Of a stretch of 64,000 bases of DNA, positions 51,601 to 60,273 are shown piece after piece. The DNA comes from Planctomycetota bacterium (GTDB lineage Bacteria > Planctomycetota > UBA1135 > GCA-002686595), in the NCBI GenBank assembly GCA_002683825.1, contig NYUD01000011.1, positions 127,854-191,853 of the forward strand. Direction: 5' to 3'. Position numbers and translations under genes: made by a program. Numbering within the stretch: position 1 is the first letter of the stretch; the number at the start of each line of letters is the position of its first letter. The notes under the pieces are model-generated. The model searched no databases. It was not told the origin of the DNA and saw only the letters and a list, made by a program, of their open reading frames with translations.

Positions 51601-51677
51601 GCCGAAACCGCGGGTGCGGAGTCGTCCTCTGCTCGGGGGGCTCTTGAGCCGTGTGCGGGAATGTTCGGGTCCGACAT
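48609..51677 (-). CDS. YfhO-like large polytopic membrane protein (putative extracytoplasmic glycosyltransferase, GT-C-like)
   Basis: Start at MSDPNIPAHG. N-terminal pattern ...ELADQGVQFYPFYRWVARSWLDGDPPFWCPGIYAGAPGFGNAQAGALDP... resembles the YfhO Q-x-x-P-F...G-x-x-P-x-W...G-x-P motif. Many TM helices, a ~300-aa soluble insert and a terminal TM. Confidence 0.6.
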   Translation of the reverse strand: MSDPNIPAHGSRAPRAEDDSAPAVSARPTLWRREAWAVALFALVVAALPLLGALLGGRVALAVDGASAHLPWAAHLDPEPVQNAELADQGVQFYPFYRWVARSWLDGDPPFWCPGIYAGAPGFGNAQAGALDPQVWPLVLLEAVGGKELFDRGLGWGAWLRLALALGGGYALARRLGLGRPGALLCGCAFGFSGYQVLWLNHALGHVTPFLPWTLFFLEGIPRRRPLLSCAGAALAFALAILGGHVETAFYVGCAAGAWAVSILMRNPRAGCLALFALAIGTGCGAASLLPVYEYLDLSAAKYIRDLSATQAHASVDFKALGALVVLAGVVLAFRRYLTQSSVSADNDGHARRAAVSAVLGLALACVGIGFLLSPGLGVGAKLALVPDLFGHPGRGGYRGEGTFVENASAWVSFPVLLLAFAGVLGGQGVLRRRALICGLAVVSFLLAIELPFLVDLYRFVPVVGLGATVRCASVSALMLGLLAGDALESSGRLARFAAGVTLAVFAGGLLFDGGPPQMEASVQVVPDGDELFGMVCYPEGARDGREVPFEGWVSAAVPFERARMVIERIDATGQPVHGQRFEVPLSITDAPSARAVDLASERVSEAPADARWFSTPTGGSGVLADGHFGLRVEFLGPEGSKPLGVRRAGAFTVHRGVERDPLTLAFLLVGGLWVLFGARFSRFLGNRGGSRRSFPGGWGRRWLAAEDGLAVWVVAGLVLLQGLHFARGVNPLVPRERVFPATRTEEILARELGPYRFFSDADVMPPNTGLVRGLAGIQGYDAMDVAAFNFYRENVLPGGVNALLAWTPRGVDLAHPAFRLYGVGMLVCSAPLEHPGWELVASPDSDHEEARAETWIYRARDPLPRAFCVPRALSLEEFVTLFRSDPEGFDPRSVGAIEEDWRPSHPFTEADVSRPRFSNNEVSMRARLNGDGLLILTEQDFPGWNVYVNGVKKEVLTADMIFRGVALEAGEHEVVFRYEPRSIRNGLWISGLSALAIAALFAVGLSRRLDSSSNTPHRSQI

Positions 51678-51780
51678 CGAAGACGCCCTACAGGGGGCCG
51701 AAGGCCTACGGTAACTCCTTCCGGGGCCGAGACCAGGCAAGGAGTCTCTCGCGTGTGCGTCCCCCACCGCTATATTCCTC

Positions 51781-52515
51781 ATGCCCATGCCCGCCCCCGC
51801 CCTTTCGGTGGTGTTGCCGATCTACAACGAGGAGGCCGTCCTCGAAGAGACCCTCGCCCAGCTGGTAGCCGTGCTCGGGGATCTGGTCCCGAGCTACGAG
51901 GTCGTGTGCGTCGACGACGGTTCGAGGGACCGGTCCGTCGAGATCCTCGAGACATTCGCCGCCAAGAACCCCAACTTCCGGCTCTTCTTCCTGCCCCGAA
52001 ACCGCGGCAAGGGCGCGGCCGTTCGAAAGGGCATGCTGGAGGCTGACGGGCAAACGCTCATCTTCATGGATGCGGATCTCTCGACGCCGTTGGGAGAGAT
52101 CGCGCGATTCCTGGGAGCCCTGGAATCGGGTCACCAGGTCGTGGTCGGAAACCGGCACGCTCCGGGATCGAAGATCACCCGTCACCAGCCCTGGATCCGC
52201 GAAACCCTGGGCAAGGGCTTCACGATGATCTCGCGCCTGTTCCTGGCGCCCGGCGTCCACGATTTCACCTGTGGGTTCAAGGCCTTTCAGAGGGACGCCG
52301 CCCGCGAAATCTTCGAACGCTCGACCCAGGACGGTTGGGCTTTCGATGCCGAGCTGATTCTGATCGCACACCTCAAGGGCTTCAAGATGGCGCAGGTGCC
52401 CGTGGAATGGCGCCACGAGAAGGGCACCAAGGTGCGCCTGCTGCCTGCCGTCTTCGGCTCCTTCAAAGAACTCCTCGCAATCAAGCTGCACCAGCTCCGG
52501 GGTGGCTATCGTTAG
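51781..52515 (+). CDS. GT2 polyprenyl-phosphate glycosyltransferase (DPM1/CsbB/GtrB-like)
   Basis: ...LSVVLPIYNEEAVLEETL...VVCVDDGSRDRS...NRGKGAAVRKGM...FMDADLSTP... It is divergent from the YfhO-like gene, with a 103-bp spacer. Confidence 0.85.
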   Translation: MPMPAPALSVVLPIYNEEAVLEETLAQLVAVLGDLVPSYEVVCVDDGSRDRSVEILETFAAKNPNFRLFFLPRNRGKGAAVRKGMLEADGQTLIFMDADLSTPLGEIARFLGALESGHQVVVGNRHAPGSKITRHQPWIRETLGKGFTMISRLFLAPGVHDFTCGFKAFQRDAAREIFERSTQDGWAFDAELILIAHLKGFKMAQVPVEWRHEKGTKVRLLPAVFGSFKELLAIKLHQLRGGYR

Positions 52516-53320
52516 TGTCGTGACTCTGCGATGCGACCCCTCGGGCGATCTTTCCGGCGACCCGGGCCTCGAGTGCACTTCGAACGTGCGGCCCGACGGT
52601 GCTCCCTTTGTCGGTCGCAGCCATGGACGATTGAGGCGGTTTTCGCCCGACGCACGCTTCGATGCCGTCTTTCGACAGCTTCATGAAGGCTTCGGCCCAC
52701 AAGATTGGTGGCCCGCTGAAACGCCATTCGAAGTGATCGTAGGCGCCGTCTTGACCCAGAACACCGCCTGGCGCAACGTCGAGCAAGCACTCTCGAACTT
52801 GCGCGCGCAGGGCCGTTTGACTCCTGCACGCATCCTCACCGCAAGCTGTGAATCCCCTGGCGAGCTCGAGGAAGCGCTCCGCCCGTCGGGCTACTTCCGC
52901 GCCAAGGCCAAGAAGCTCGTGGCCGTATCGCAGTGGTATCTTGGCGCAGGAGGTCTGGACGCATTGATGGAACGCCCCCTGGAGCCGCTACGAACCGAAA
53001 TCCTGGGGGTGTACGGCATCGGTCCTGAAACGGCCGATTCGATCCTCTGCTATGCCGCCGGGCGACGAACGGCCGTGATCGACACCTACACCCGGCGCAT
53101 CTTTGCCCGTCACGAACTGACGGACGGCGATGCCCCATATGAGGAGCTGCGACAGTATGCAATGGAACGCCTGGAACCCTCCCAGGCGGTATACGAGGAG
53201 TTCCATGCCCTCTGTGTCCGCACCGGCTACGGCAACTGCAAACCCAAACCTCGCTGCGTCGATTGCCCGGCCACGACTCCGTCTTCCCTCGCGAGAACGG
53301 AGGGGCATGTTCAAGGGTAA
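52502..53320 (+). CDS. HhH-GPD superfamily protein (endonuclease III-related, COG2231-like)
   Basis: ...FGPQDWWPAETPFEVIVGAVLTQNTAWRNVEQALSNL...GIGPETADSILCYA...HALCVRTGYGNCKPKPRCVDCP. The true start is uncertain: GTG 52502, or more likely TTG 52631. Confidence 0.75.
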   Translation: MAIVSVVTLRCDPSGDLSGDPGLECTSNVRPDGAPFVGRSHGRLRRFSPDARFDAVFRQLHEGFGPQDWWPAETPFEVIVGAVLTQNTAWRNVEQALSNLRAQGRLTPARILTASCESPGELEEALRPSGYFRAKAKKLVAVSQWYLGAGGLDALMERPLEPLRTEILGVYGIGPETADSILCYAAGRRTAVIDTYTRRIFARHELTDGDAPYEELRQYAMERLEPSQAVYEEFHALCVRTGYGNCKPKPRCVDCPATTPSSLARTEGHVQG

Positions 53321-54056
53321 GAACGTCGCGGTAGTCATTCCCGCCAAGGATGAAGAGCTGACGATCGGCAGCGTCGTGGTCTCCTTTGCCGGGGAGGAGT
53401 GCGTGGATCGCGTCATCGTCGTCGACAACAACTGCGTCGACGGAACCGCCCAACGGGCCCGAGACGCCACCGCAGAGATCGTGGTCGAGTCTCGCCCGGG
53501 CTATGGCAGCGCGATCACCGCCGGATTGAACCACGCCTTTGCGACCGGTTCGGAGATCGCAATCGTCACCGAAGCCGATGGCTCCTTCGCCGCCCGCGAT
53601 ATCTGGAAACTGCTCCATTACGTCGACGACGGCCAGCTGATTCTGGGCACGCGAACGACGCGGCAGATGGTCGAGCAGGCCGCCAACATGGACCTGACGA
53701 TGCGCCTGGGCAACCTGGCAATGGCCAAGCTGCTCGAGTTCATGTGGTGGTGGCCGAACGAACCCCGGCTGACCGACGTGGGCTGCACCTACCGCGCGTT
53801 GGAGGCGAAAACCTGGGGGACGCTGCGCGACTCCCTGACAGAGACCGGCCCGGCCTTCTCTCCGGAAATGACCGCTCGCGCCTGTGCCCTGGGGATGCGG
53901 GTGGTCGAGATTCCCGTGCAATACGGCGCCCGCCTGGGAGGAGTGTCGAAACACAGCGGGAACTTCCGGGGGGCCGCTAGGACAGCCCTTTCCATGCTCC
54001 GAACCATATTTCGCGTCCGCTGGCAAACCCTCTCGCGCTCCCCTGGAGAGCGGTGA
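53307..54056 (+). CDS. GT2-family glycosyltransferase
   Basis: GGAGGGG then ATG: MFKGKNVAVVIPAKDEELTIGSVV...VIVVDNNCVDGTAQRA...GYGSAI...EADGSF... It overlaps the end of the HhH-GPD gene by 14 nt. Confidence 0.85.
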   Translation: MFKGKNVAVVIPAKDEELTIGSVVVSFAGEECVDRVIVVDNNCVDGTAQRARDATAEIVVESRPGYGSAITAGLNHAFATGSEIAIVTEADGSFAARDIWKLLHYVDDGQLILGTRTTRQMVEQAANMDLTMRLGNLAMAKLLEFMWWWPNEPRLTDVGCTYRALEAKTWGTLRDSLTETGPAFSPEMTARACALGMRVVEIPVQYGARLGGVSKHSGNFRGAARTALSMLRTIFRVRWQTLSRSPGER

Positions 54057-54216
54057 ACCCATTTTGTAGGTTTTTCGTATTCCAGGACGCATCCGGCGAT
54101 CCGACACGTAAGCAGTAGGTCACGGATTCGCAAATCAACCGGCCCCGGGTCACCCGATGCCGACTCCTATTTTCGGGCAGCGGGCGCACCCAACTGCCCA
54201 GAACTCACTCACAGAC

Positions 54217-54906
54217 ATGACTCAACGGATTCTCGTTGTTGAGGACGAGGAAGCTCTCGCCTCCGGTATTCGGGACGCTCTAAGCCACGCCGGATACGAT
54301 GCCGATATCGCCCACGACGGCAACGGCGCCCTGGAGAAGATCAGTCAGGATTCCTTCGACCTCGTCGTCCTGGACATCATGTTGCCCGGCAAGAACGGAC
54401 TCGATGTCCTTCGCGAGCTACGTGAGAAACGCCACGACGTGCGGATCGTCATGCTGACGGCCCTGGCCGATGAGGCGGACGTCGTGCGCGGCTTCGAGCT
54501 CGGCGCCGACGACTACATGCCCAAGCCCTTTTCGCCGCGCGAGCTGGTCGCCCGGGTCAACGCCCAGTTCCGACGCCGGGAAATGGACACGGCTCCGCCG
54601 CCGCAGCTGGATCTGCCCGGCGCCATCAAGGTCGACCTCGCTCGACTCGAGGTGCACAGGGATGGCAACGTCATCCCTCTCACTCCGCGCGAGGGCGACA
54701 TTCTGGAGTATCTCGTCCGCCACCACGACCGCGTGGTGACACGCGAGGACCTGCTCCTGGACGTTTGGCACTACCGCAACGCCAATATCGAGACGCGCAC
54801 GGTGGATATCCACATCGTCGGACTCCGCAGGAAGATCGAGCCCGATCCGGCGAATCCGACCTTGATCCAAACCGTACGCGGAAAAGGCTACCGCTGGTTC
54901 GCCTGA
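54217..54906 (+). CDS. OmpR-family two-component response regulator
   Basis: MTQRILVVEDEEALASGIRDAL...DLVVLDIMLPGKNG...winged-helix...TVRGKGYRW. Confidence 0.93.
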   Translation: MTQRILVVEDEEALASGIRDALSHAGYDADIAHDGNGALEKISQDSFDLVVLDIMLPGKNGLDVLRELREKRHDVRIVMLTALADEADVVRGFELGADDYMPKPFSPRELVARVNAQFRRREMDTAPPPQLDLPGAIKVDLARLEVHRDGNVIPLTPREGDILEYLVRHHDRVVTREDLLLDVWHYRNANIETRTVDIHIVGLRRKIEPDPANPTLIQTVRGKGYRWFA

Positions 54907-54924
54907 CCGCGGATACGGCACGCC

Positions 54925-56808
54925 ATGCGAAAGCGTGATGGCAAGCGCACCACGACCCGTACTGCTCTCGGGCTGTACGGGTCGTTGCTTGTCCTTCCGA
55001 CTCTCGTTTTCGGCGGGCTCTACTGGCGCGAACTCGAAAAGGACTTCGACCGCCAGCGAGGGGAAATTCCCGGTCGCGCAAGCACCGGGGCGCGCCTGAT
55101 CATCGAAGGCATGAAGGTGCGGCTCGAACGCCTGTTGGAAGATGAAGCGCGCCGGCCCTTCTATCAGTACGCCAAGCTCTTCCTGCAAGACGACGAGCTC
55201 GACGACGACCTGCTGGTCCCGCAGACCTCCCCCATGGTCCGTGACCGGATGCCCCAAGGCATCCAGGCGTGGTTCTCGTATGCCCCCTCCCCGGACGCGC
55301 CCATCGAGGTATTTGTCGGTGAAGAGACCGAAGCGCGCTATGGAACCGTCGAACGGCTGAAACCCATCCTCGAGGACTTCCGCCGGCGCCAGCGGCGGGA
55401 GGCCCCGGAAAAATGGCTTTCCTCCTCCGAGAGCACGGAGGTGGAACCCGTTCCATTGGCGTCGGTGGCGGTCAAGATCGGGTACGAGAACGACCGGGAA
55501 TGCCTCATCAAGTGTTCGCAGATGATTCGCGGGCGACGCATACCCACCACGGTGTCCAACTTCCGGCTGCAGTTTTATCTGGACCAGGAAGGAACCCCAC
55601 GCGCCATTGCGACGCGACGGGTCTTTTCCAACGCCCTGTTCGACGACCTGCCGCAGGAGGCGATATGTCTGCTACCACTGATCAAGGGCTTTAGCTTCTA
55701 CCAGGGCTTTCTGATCGACTCGACATGGCTGCTCAAGGATCTCCCCTGGGAGATCGAAGAGCGACTGCTCGACAAGGACATGCTTCTGCGGGTGCCTTTC
55801 CGCGGTCATCCGATCGACGTTTCTTCGGTATTCGAACCCTTCGACCCGATCAAGGAGCTCGAGTTCGAGACGGCCGATCCGGCTCACGCTTCGTACTCGC
55901 GCCTGGAAGTCAGCATCAACACCGATCGCATCGAAGAGCGGATTCAGCGCCAGTCGGAACGCTTTTTCACCGTGGCGCTCATGCTGGTCATCACCCTTGG
56001 GATCGGCATGACGCTGCTCTACCGCAGCGTTCGCAGCGAATTGGACCACGCGCGGCGAACACAGAACTTCGTCGCAGCTGTAACCCACGAATTGCGCACT
56101 CCGGTGACCGCTATCCGGCTGCACGCCGAGATGCTACTCGACGGCTGGGCCTCCGACCCGGACAAGCAGAAGGAGTACCACAGACGCATCGTGCGCGAAA
56201 CCGACCGGCTATCGGTGCTGGTCGAGCGGGTTCTCGAGAAGAGCCGGATCAAGGGGAACGCCAAGAAACCGGAGCCGGGGGATATCAACGAGATCGTAGC
56301 CACGCTTACAGCCGATCTGGCCCGCGCACCCCATGCCGACGGACACACCGAGGATCTGGTGGTCGAATTGACCCCCGACCTGCCGCCCGTGTGGCTGACG
56401 TTCGAAGCCATCACGGGAATCCTCACGAACCTCGTCGAGAACGCTCGAAAGTATGCTCCGGCCACTCCGGAGAATCCGATCCTCGTGCGTACGACTCCCA
56501 AGAATGGCCGGGTACTTCTCCAGGTACTCGACCGCGGCCCCGGCGTCCCGCGCGAGGAGCGTGACAAGGTCTTCGAGGCCTTCTACCGCATGGGCTCCGA
56601 GGCCACACGGACGACGACGGGCACGGGCCTCGGGCTGCACCTGGTGCGCATCCACGCCGAGACCTGTCGTGCGCGTGTCGCCGTTCTGGAGCGTGACGGT
56701 GGCGGCAGCATTTTCCAAGTTGCATTTGAGCCGGCGCCCGCCTCGTCGTCGGGCCCATCTCAGGGGCTGTCCCCAGAAAGGCCTGAAAAAAACGGGCCGG
56801 AGGCCTGA
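54925..56808 (+). CDS. Sensor histidine kinase with a ~300-aa periplasmic sensor domain
   Basis: Two TM segments (LYGSLLVLPTLVFGGLYW; FFTVALMLVITLGIGMTLLY). H-box FVAAVTHELRTPVTAI. N and G boxes ...NLVENARKYA...DRGPGV...GTGLGLHLV... Confidence 0.92.
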   Translation: MRKRDGKRTTTRTALGLYGSLLVLPTLVFGGLYWRELEKDFDRQRGEIPGRASTGARLIIEGMKVRLERLLEDEARRPFYQYAKLFLQDDELDDDLLVPQTSPMVRDRMPQGIQAWFSYAPSPDAPIEVFVGEETEARYGTVERLKPILEDFRRRQRREAPEKWLSSSESTEVEPVPLASVAVKIGYENDRECLIKCSQMIRGRRIPTTVSNFRLQFYLDQEGTPRAIATRRVFSNALFDDLPQEAICLLPLIKGFSFYQGFLIDSTWLLKDLPWEIEERLLDKDMLLRVPFRGHPIDVSSVFEPFDPIKELEFETADPAHASYSRLEVSINTDRIEERIQRQSERFFTVALMLVITLGIGMTLLYRSVRSELDHARRTQNFVAAVTHELRTPVTAIRLHAEMLLDGWASDPDKQKEYHRRIVRETDRLSVLVERVLEKSRIKGNAKKPEPGDINEIVATLTADLARAPHADGHTEDLVVELTPDLPPVWLTFEAITGILTNLVENARKYAPATPENPILVRTTPKNGRVLLQVLDRGPGVPREERDKVFEAFYRMGSEATRTTTGTGLGLHLVRIHAETCRARVAVLERDGGGSIFQVAFEPAPASSSGPSQGLSPERPEKNGPEA

Positions 56809-57023
56809 GTTCCGGCGAATCAAGGGCTCCCGCTCTTGAGGAGCTCGGTATCCTCGGGAGCGGAAGTTCGGTTCCCCCCTCCGACGCTGAGCTTCCGCCG
56901 GTCCCGAACTCGAAACGCAGAAAGAGGCCGGTTCAAGTCGCAGAACTCAAGCGGTCTACACCCGCACCCTGGGGCAGCTTGCTTTCGAAGCACGCCCTTT
57001 CCCCACCCCTACATCCCCCTGAA

Positions 57024-58421
57024 ATGCACGTCGTCGTCCTAGGCGCTGGGCTCGCCGGCCTGTCCTCGGCCTTCGAGCTTCTCAAAGCGGGTCACCGCGT
57101 CACGGTGATTGAAAAGGAGAGCTATGCCGGCGGTATGGCCTGTAGCTGGAAGAAGGGCGAATACTGGTTGGATCACGGCCCCCATCGCTTCCACAGCCGT
57201 GATGAAAAGCTGATCGAACACCTGTACGAGATCCTCGACAACGAGGTCGTCATCCGCGAGCGGCTCTCGCGGATCTACATGCAGGGCAAGTTCTTTCACT
57301 ACCCGCTGAAGACGCAGAACCTCTTCCAGATGAAGAAGAGCCTGATGATCAAGGCGATGTGGGATTACGTGTGGATTCGCTTCGTGCAGATCTTCAAGAA
57401 GATTCCCGACGACAACTTCGAAAATTGGGTCGTCAAGCGTTTCGGGCACACGCTGTACGAAATCTTCTTCGGCTCGTACACGTCCAAGGCGTGGAAGATG
57501 CCGTGCACGCAGATCAGCGCCGACTGGGCCAGTCAACGCATCAGCCAGGCCAATTTGTGGGACACGGTCAAGAAGACACTGCGTCCGCCGAAGGGCGGCG
57601 AAGTACGTAGCCTGGTCAGTGAGTTCTGGTACCCCGCCGTAGGTGGCATCGGTCAAATCGGTCGCAAGTACGCCGAAAAAATCGAGAAGATGGGAGGCAC
57701 GCTGCAACTGTCTTCACCGGCGGACGAGGTCATCATCGAAGACGGTCGTGCCACGCGCGTCGGCTTTACGAGTAAAGGCGAGAAAAAGTGGGTCGAGTGC
57801 GATCATGTCGTCAACACGATTCCACTTCCGCGGATACTGCAAGCCTTCCGACCGGCAGTTGGAAGCGACGTCAAGAAAGCCATCGGCAACCTCGACTACT
57901 CCGCGATCGTTTTCGTGTATCTCGAGGTCGACAAACCCTCGGTTTCGCCGGATCACTGGGTCTACTTGCCCGAGAAGCACCTGACCGTGCATCGCATCTC
58001 GGAGTTCAAGAACTTCTCCGATGACTCGGCTCCCGGCGACTCGACCTGCGTCTGCTGCGAAATGACCTGCCGCGTCGGCGATGACCTCTGGAACCTCGAC
58101 ATCGAGGCGGCCACGGAGATCGCCATCAAGGATCTGGTAACCCTTGGGCTGATCGAGCCGGGCACGGCTCGAGGCCTGGACTTCACCAAGCTGAAGTACG
58201 CCTATCCGATCTACGACCTCACGTACAAGGAGAACCTGAACGTCCTCAAGAAGGAGGTCAAGAGGGTCAAGAACCTCCATACGACAGGGCGCCAGGGTCT
58301 GTACCGCTACAACAACATGGACCACTCGATCGCCATGGGACGACGGATCGCCAAGACGCTGATTCAAGGCGCCGACGCGAGGGCGGACGAGGTGGCGGCG
58401 GGTCAGGAGTACTTCGGGTGA
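57024..58421 (+). CDS. FAD-dependent oxidoreductase (amine-oxidase/HemY/UDP-galactopyranose-mutase-like fold)
   Basis: MHVVVLGAGLAGLSSAFELLKAGHRVTVIEKESYAGGM (GxGxxG-E dinucleotide fold)...GPHRF...YPAVGGIG... Three sampled 60-nt lines are 50-52% GC, well below neighbouring genes. Confidence 0.8.
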   Translation: MHVVVLGAGLAGLSSAFELLKAGHRVTVIEKESYAGGMACSWKKGEYWLDHGPHRFHSRDEKLIEHLYEILDNEVVIRERLSRIYMQGKFFHYPLKTQNLFQMKKSLMIKAMWDYVWIRFVQIFKKIPDDNFENWVVKRFGHTLYEIFFGSYTSKAWKMPCTQISADWASQRISQANLWDTVKKTLRPPKGGEVRSLVSEFWYPAVGGIGQIGRKYAEKIEKMGGTLQLSSPADEVIIEDGRATRVGFTSKGEKKWVECDHVVNTIPLPRILQAFRPAVGSDVKKAIGNLDYSAIVFVYLEVDKPSVSPDHWVYLPEKHLTVHRISEFKNFSDDSAPGDSTCVCCEMTCRVGDDLWNLDIEAATEIAIKDLVTLGLIEPGTARGLDFTKLKYAYPIYDLTYKENLNVLKKEVKRVKNLHTTGRQGLYRYNNMDHSIAMGRRIAKTLIQGADARADEVAAGQEYFG

Positions 58422-59344
58422 GCGGTGTCTCGGGGCTCTCATCCGCGATCCCCGAAAGCGCTTGGACCGAGGTTGCCTGCGGACTGTGCGGCAGCGGCGA
58501 GCGAAGGCTGAAGTTTCGGGACGGGCCGTTCTCGGTCGTCACCTGCGACGAGTGCGGGCTTACGTACGTAACCCCCAGGCTCGATTCCAAGGCGTTGATC
58601 GAAAACGTCTACGATGAGGGCTACTGGAACTCCGACGCGGCCAAGGAACGGGGCTATACGGATTATCGCTCCGACCAGGCGCTCTACCTGCGCACTTATA
58701 GACGCCGGCTCAAAGTGCTGCGACGTCACTTCCCACGACCCGGACGCGTGCTGGATGTGGGATGTGCGGCCGGTTACTTCCTCAAAGTCATGCAGGAGGA
58801 AAGCTGGAAAGTCACCGGGCTGGAGCCCTCCGATGCGATTCGACCGCACGCGAAGGAACTCCTGGGTCAAGAGAACGTGCGGGCGGGACTTCTGGGCGAG
58901 GTTGACCTGAAACCCGCCTCCTTCGATCTGATCACCATGTGGGACGTGATCGAGCACATCCCCGACCCGGTGGCCGCGGTGCACGAGGTGAGAAAGCTCC
59001 TGGCACCGGGCGGTAAGTTCCTGATCGAGACGCAGAACATCGATAGCCGGGCCGCCAAGGTGCTCGGCAAGCGCTGGCAGCACTACAAACACGCCGAACA
59101 CATCTACCACTTCAACCCCAAGACACTGGGCGTGATACTGGAGCGCGCCGGCTTCGATGTGCTCGAGAATCGGCCGTGGTTAGGCGGAAAATACGTATCG
59201 ATGGGCTTCATCGCCGAGCGGGCCGGCCGCCTGCACCCGGTGCTGTCGACGCTCTTCTCTCCACTCTCGCTCTTCCGCAAGTGCGCCCTGTACATCAACC
59301 TCTTCGACGAGATGATCGTCGTAGCCGCCCCCAAGACCGCTTGA
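58418..59344 (+). CDS. Class I SAM-dependent methyltransferase with an N-terminal Cys4 zinc-ribbon
   Basis: CGLCGSGE...CDECGLTYVTP, then VLDVGCAAGYFL (motif I)...FDLITMWDVIEHIPDP. GTGA-type overlap with the upstream gene. Confidence 0.85.
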   Translation: MSGVSGLSSAIPESAWTEVACGLCGSGERRLKFRDGPFSVVTCDECGLTYVTPRLDSKALIENVYDEGYWNSDAAKERGYTDYRSDQALYLRTYRRRLKVLRRHFPRPGRVLDVGCAAGYFLKVMQEESWKVTGLEPSDAIRPHAKELLGQENVRAGLLGEVDLKPASFDLITMWDVIEHIPDPVAAVHEVRKLLAPGGKFLIETQNIDSRAAKVLGKRWQHYKHAEHIYHFNPKTLGVILERAGFDVLENRPWLGGKYVSMGFIAERAGRLHPVLSTLFSPLSLFRKCALYINLFDEMIVVAAPKTA

Positions 59345-59354
59345 AACGCACCGG

Positions 59355-60110
59355 ATGGAAGCCAACGCTTACCGTCAGTTTCGGGAGCTCGAGCGAACCC
59401 ACTGGTGGTTTCGCGGACGACGCACGGTCTACTTCGGCATTCTGCGCCGTCAGTTGAACGGCGAGAGGCCCCGACGCATCCTCGATTTGGGCTGCGGTCT
59501 GGGGGGCTTCCTCGACGGTTTGTCGGAGATCGGCGAGCGCGTCTATCCCTCCGATATCAGCGCGGAGAGCCTGATTTTTTGCCGCGAGCGTGGGCACGAC
59601 GGCGCGGTCGTCTCCAACGGCTACAAACTGCCCTACGCGAACAGCTCGCTGGATCTCGTGTGTCTCTTTGACACGATCGAGCACATCCCCGACGACGCCA
59701 GGGTGATGCAGGAGGTCGAGCGCATCCTGCGGCCGGGGGGCCGGGTTCTGATCACGGTTCCCGCATACCAGTTCCTCTACGCCAACAACGACCGTGTCGC
59801 ACAACACTGTCGCCGCTACAACCGCCACAACCTGCGCAGGGTGATCGAGCAGGCGGGAATCCAGGTCGAGCGCAACACGCACTCGAACATCTTCCTGTTC
59901 CCGTTGATTCTTTCCGCCGTACTTTGCGTCAAGCTGATCGAGACGATCTTTCCGCGCAAACTCGATCCAGAACACACCAACCTCAGCTGGCCGCTCCCGA
60001 GCTTCGTGCACGGTGTATTGCACGCCATCTTCGCGGCCGAACTCCCTTTCTCGCGTCGCTTCGACTGGCCCGTCGGCCACTCGATCTGCGCCATCGGTCG
60101 CAAACCGTGA
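59355..60110 (+). CDS. Class I SAM-dependent methyltransferase
   Basis: ...ELERTHWWFRGRR...ILDLGCGLGGFL...LDLVCLFDTIEHIPDD...RPGGRVLITVPA... Confidence 0.85.
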   Translation: MEANAYRQFRELERTHWWFRGRRTVYFGILRRQLNGERPRRILDLGCGLGGFLDGLSEIGERVYPSDISAESLIFCRERGHDGAVVSNGYKLPYANSSLDLVCLFDTIEHIPDDARVMQEVERILRPGGRVLITVPAYQFLYANNDRVAQHCRRYNRHNLRRVIEQAGIQVERNTHSNIFLFPLILSAVLCVKLIETIFPRKLDPEHTNLSWPLPSFVHGVLHAIFAAELPFSRRFDWPVGHSICAIGRKP

Positions 60111-60273
60111 GACCGCCGAGCTGGTATCGAGCGAAACCCACGAGTTCGTCTACGAGGCTCAGGCCCGCCGGTTCGTTCCTGAGGTCGGTGTTCATGATTC
60201 GCCAGGACTGGAGTACAAAGCTCTTCCGCCCCGTAACCGAACATCCGATCGAAGAAAACCCGACTCTGTTTCC

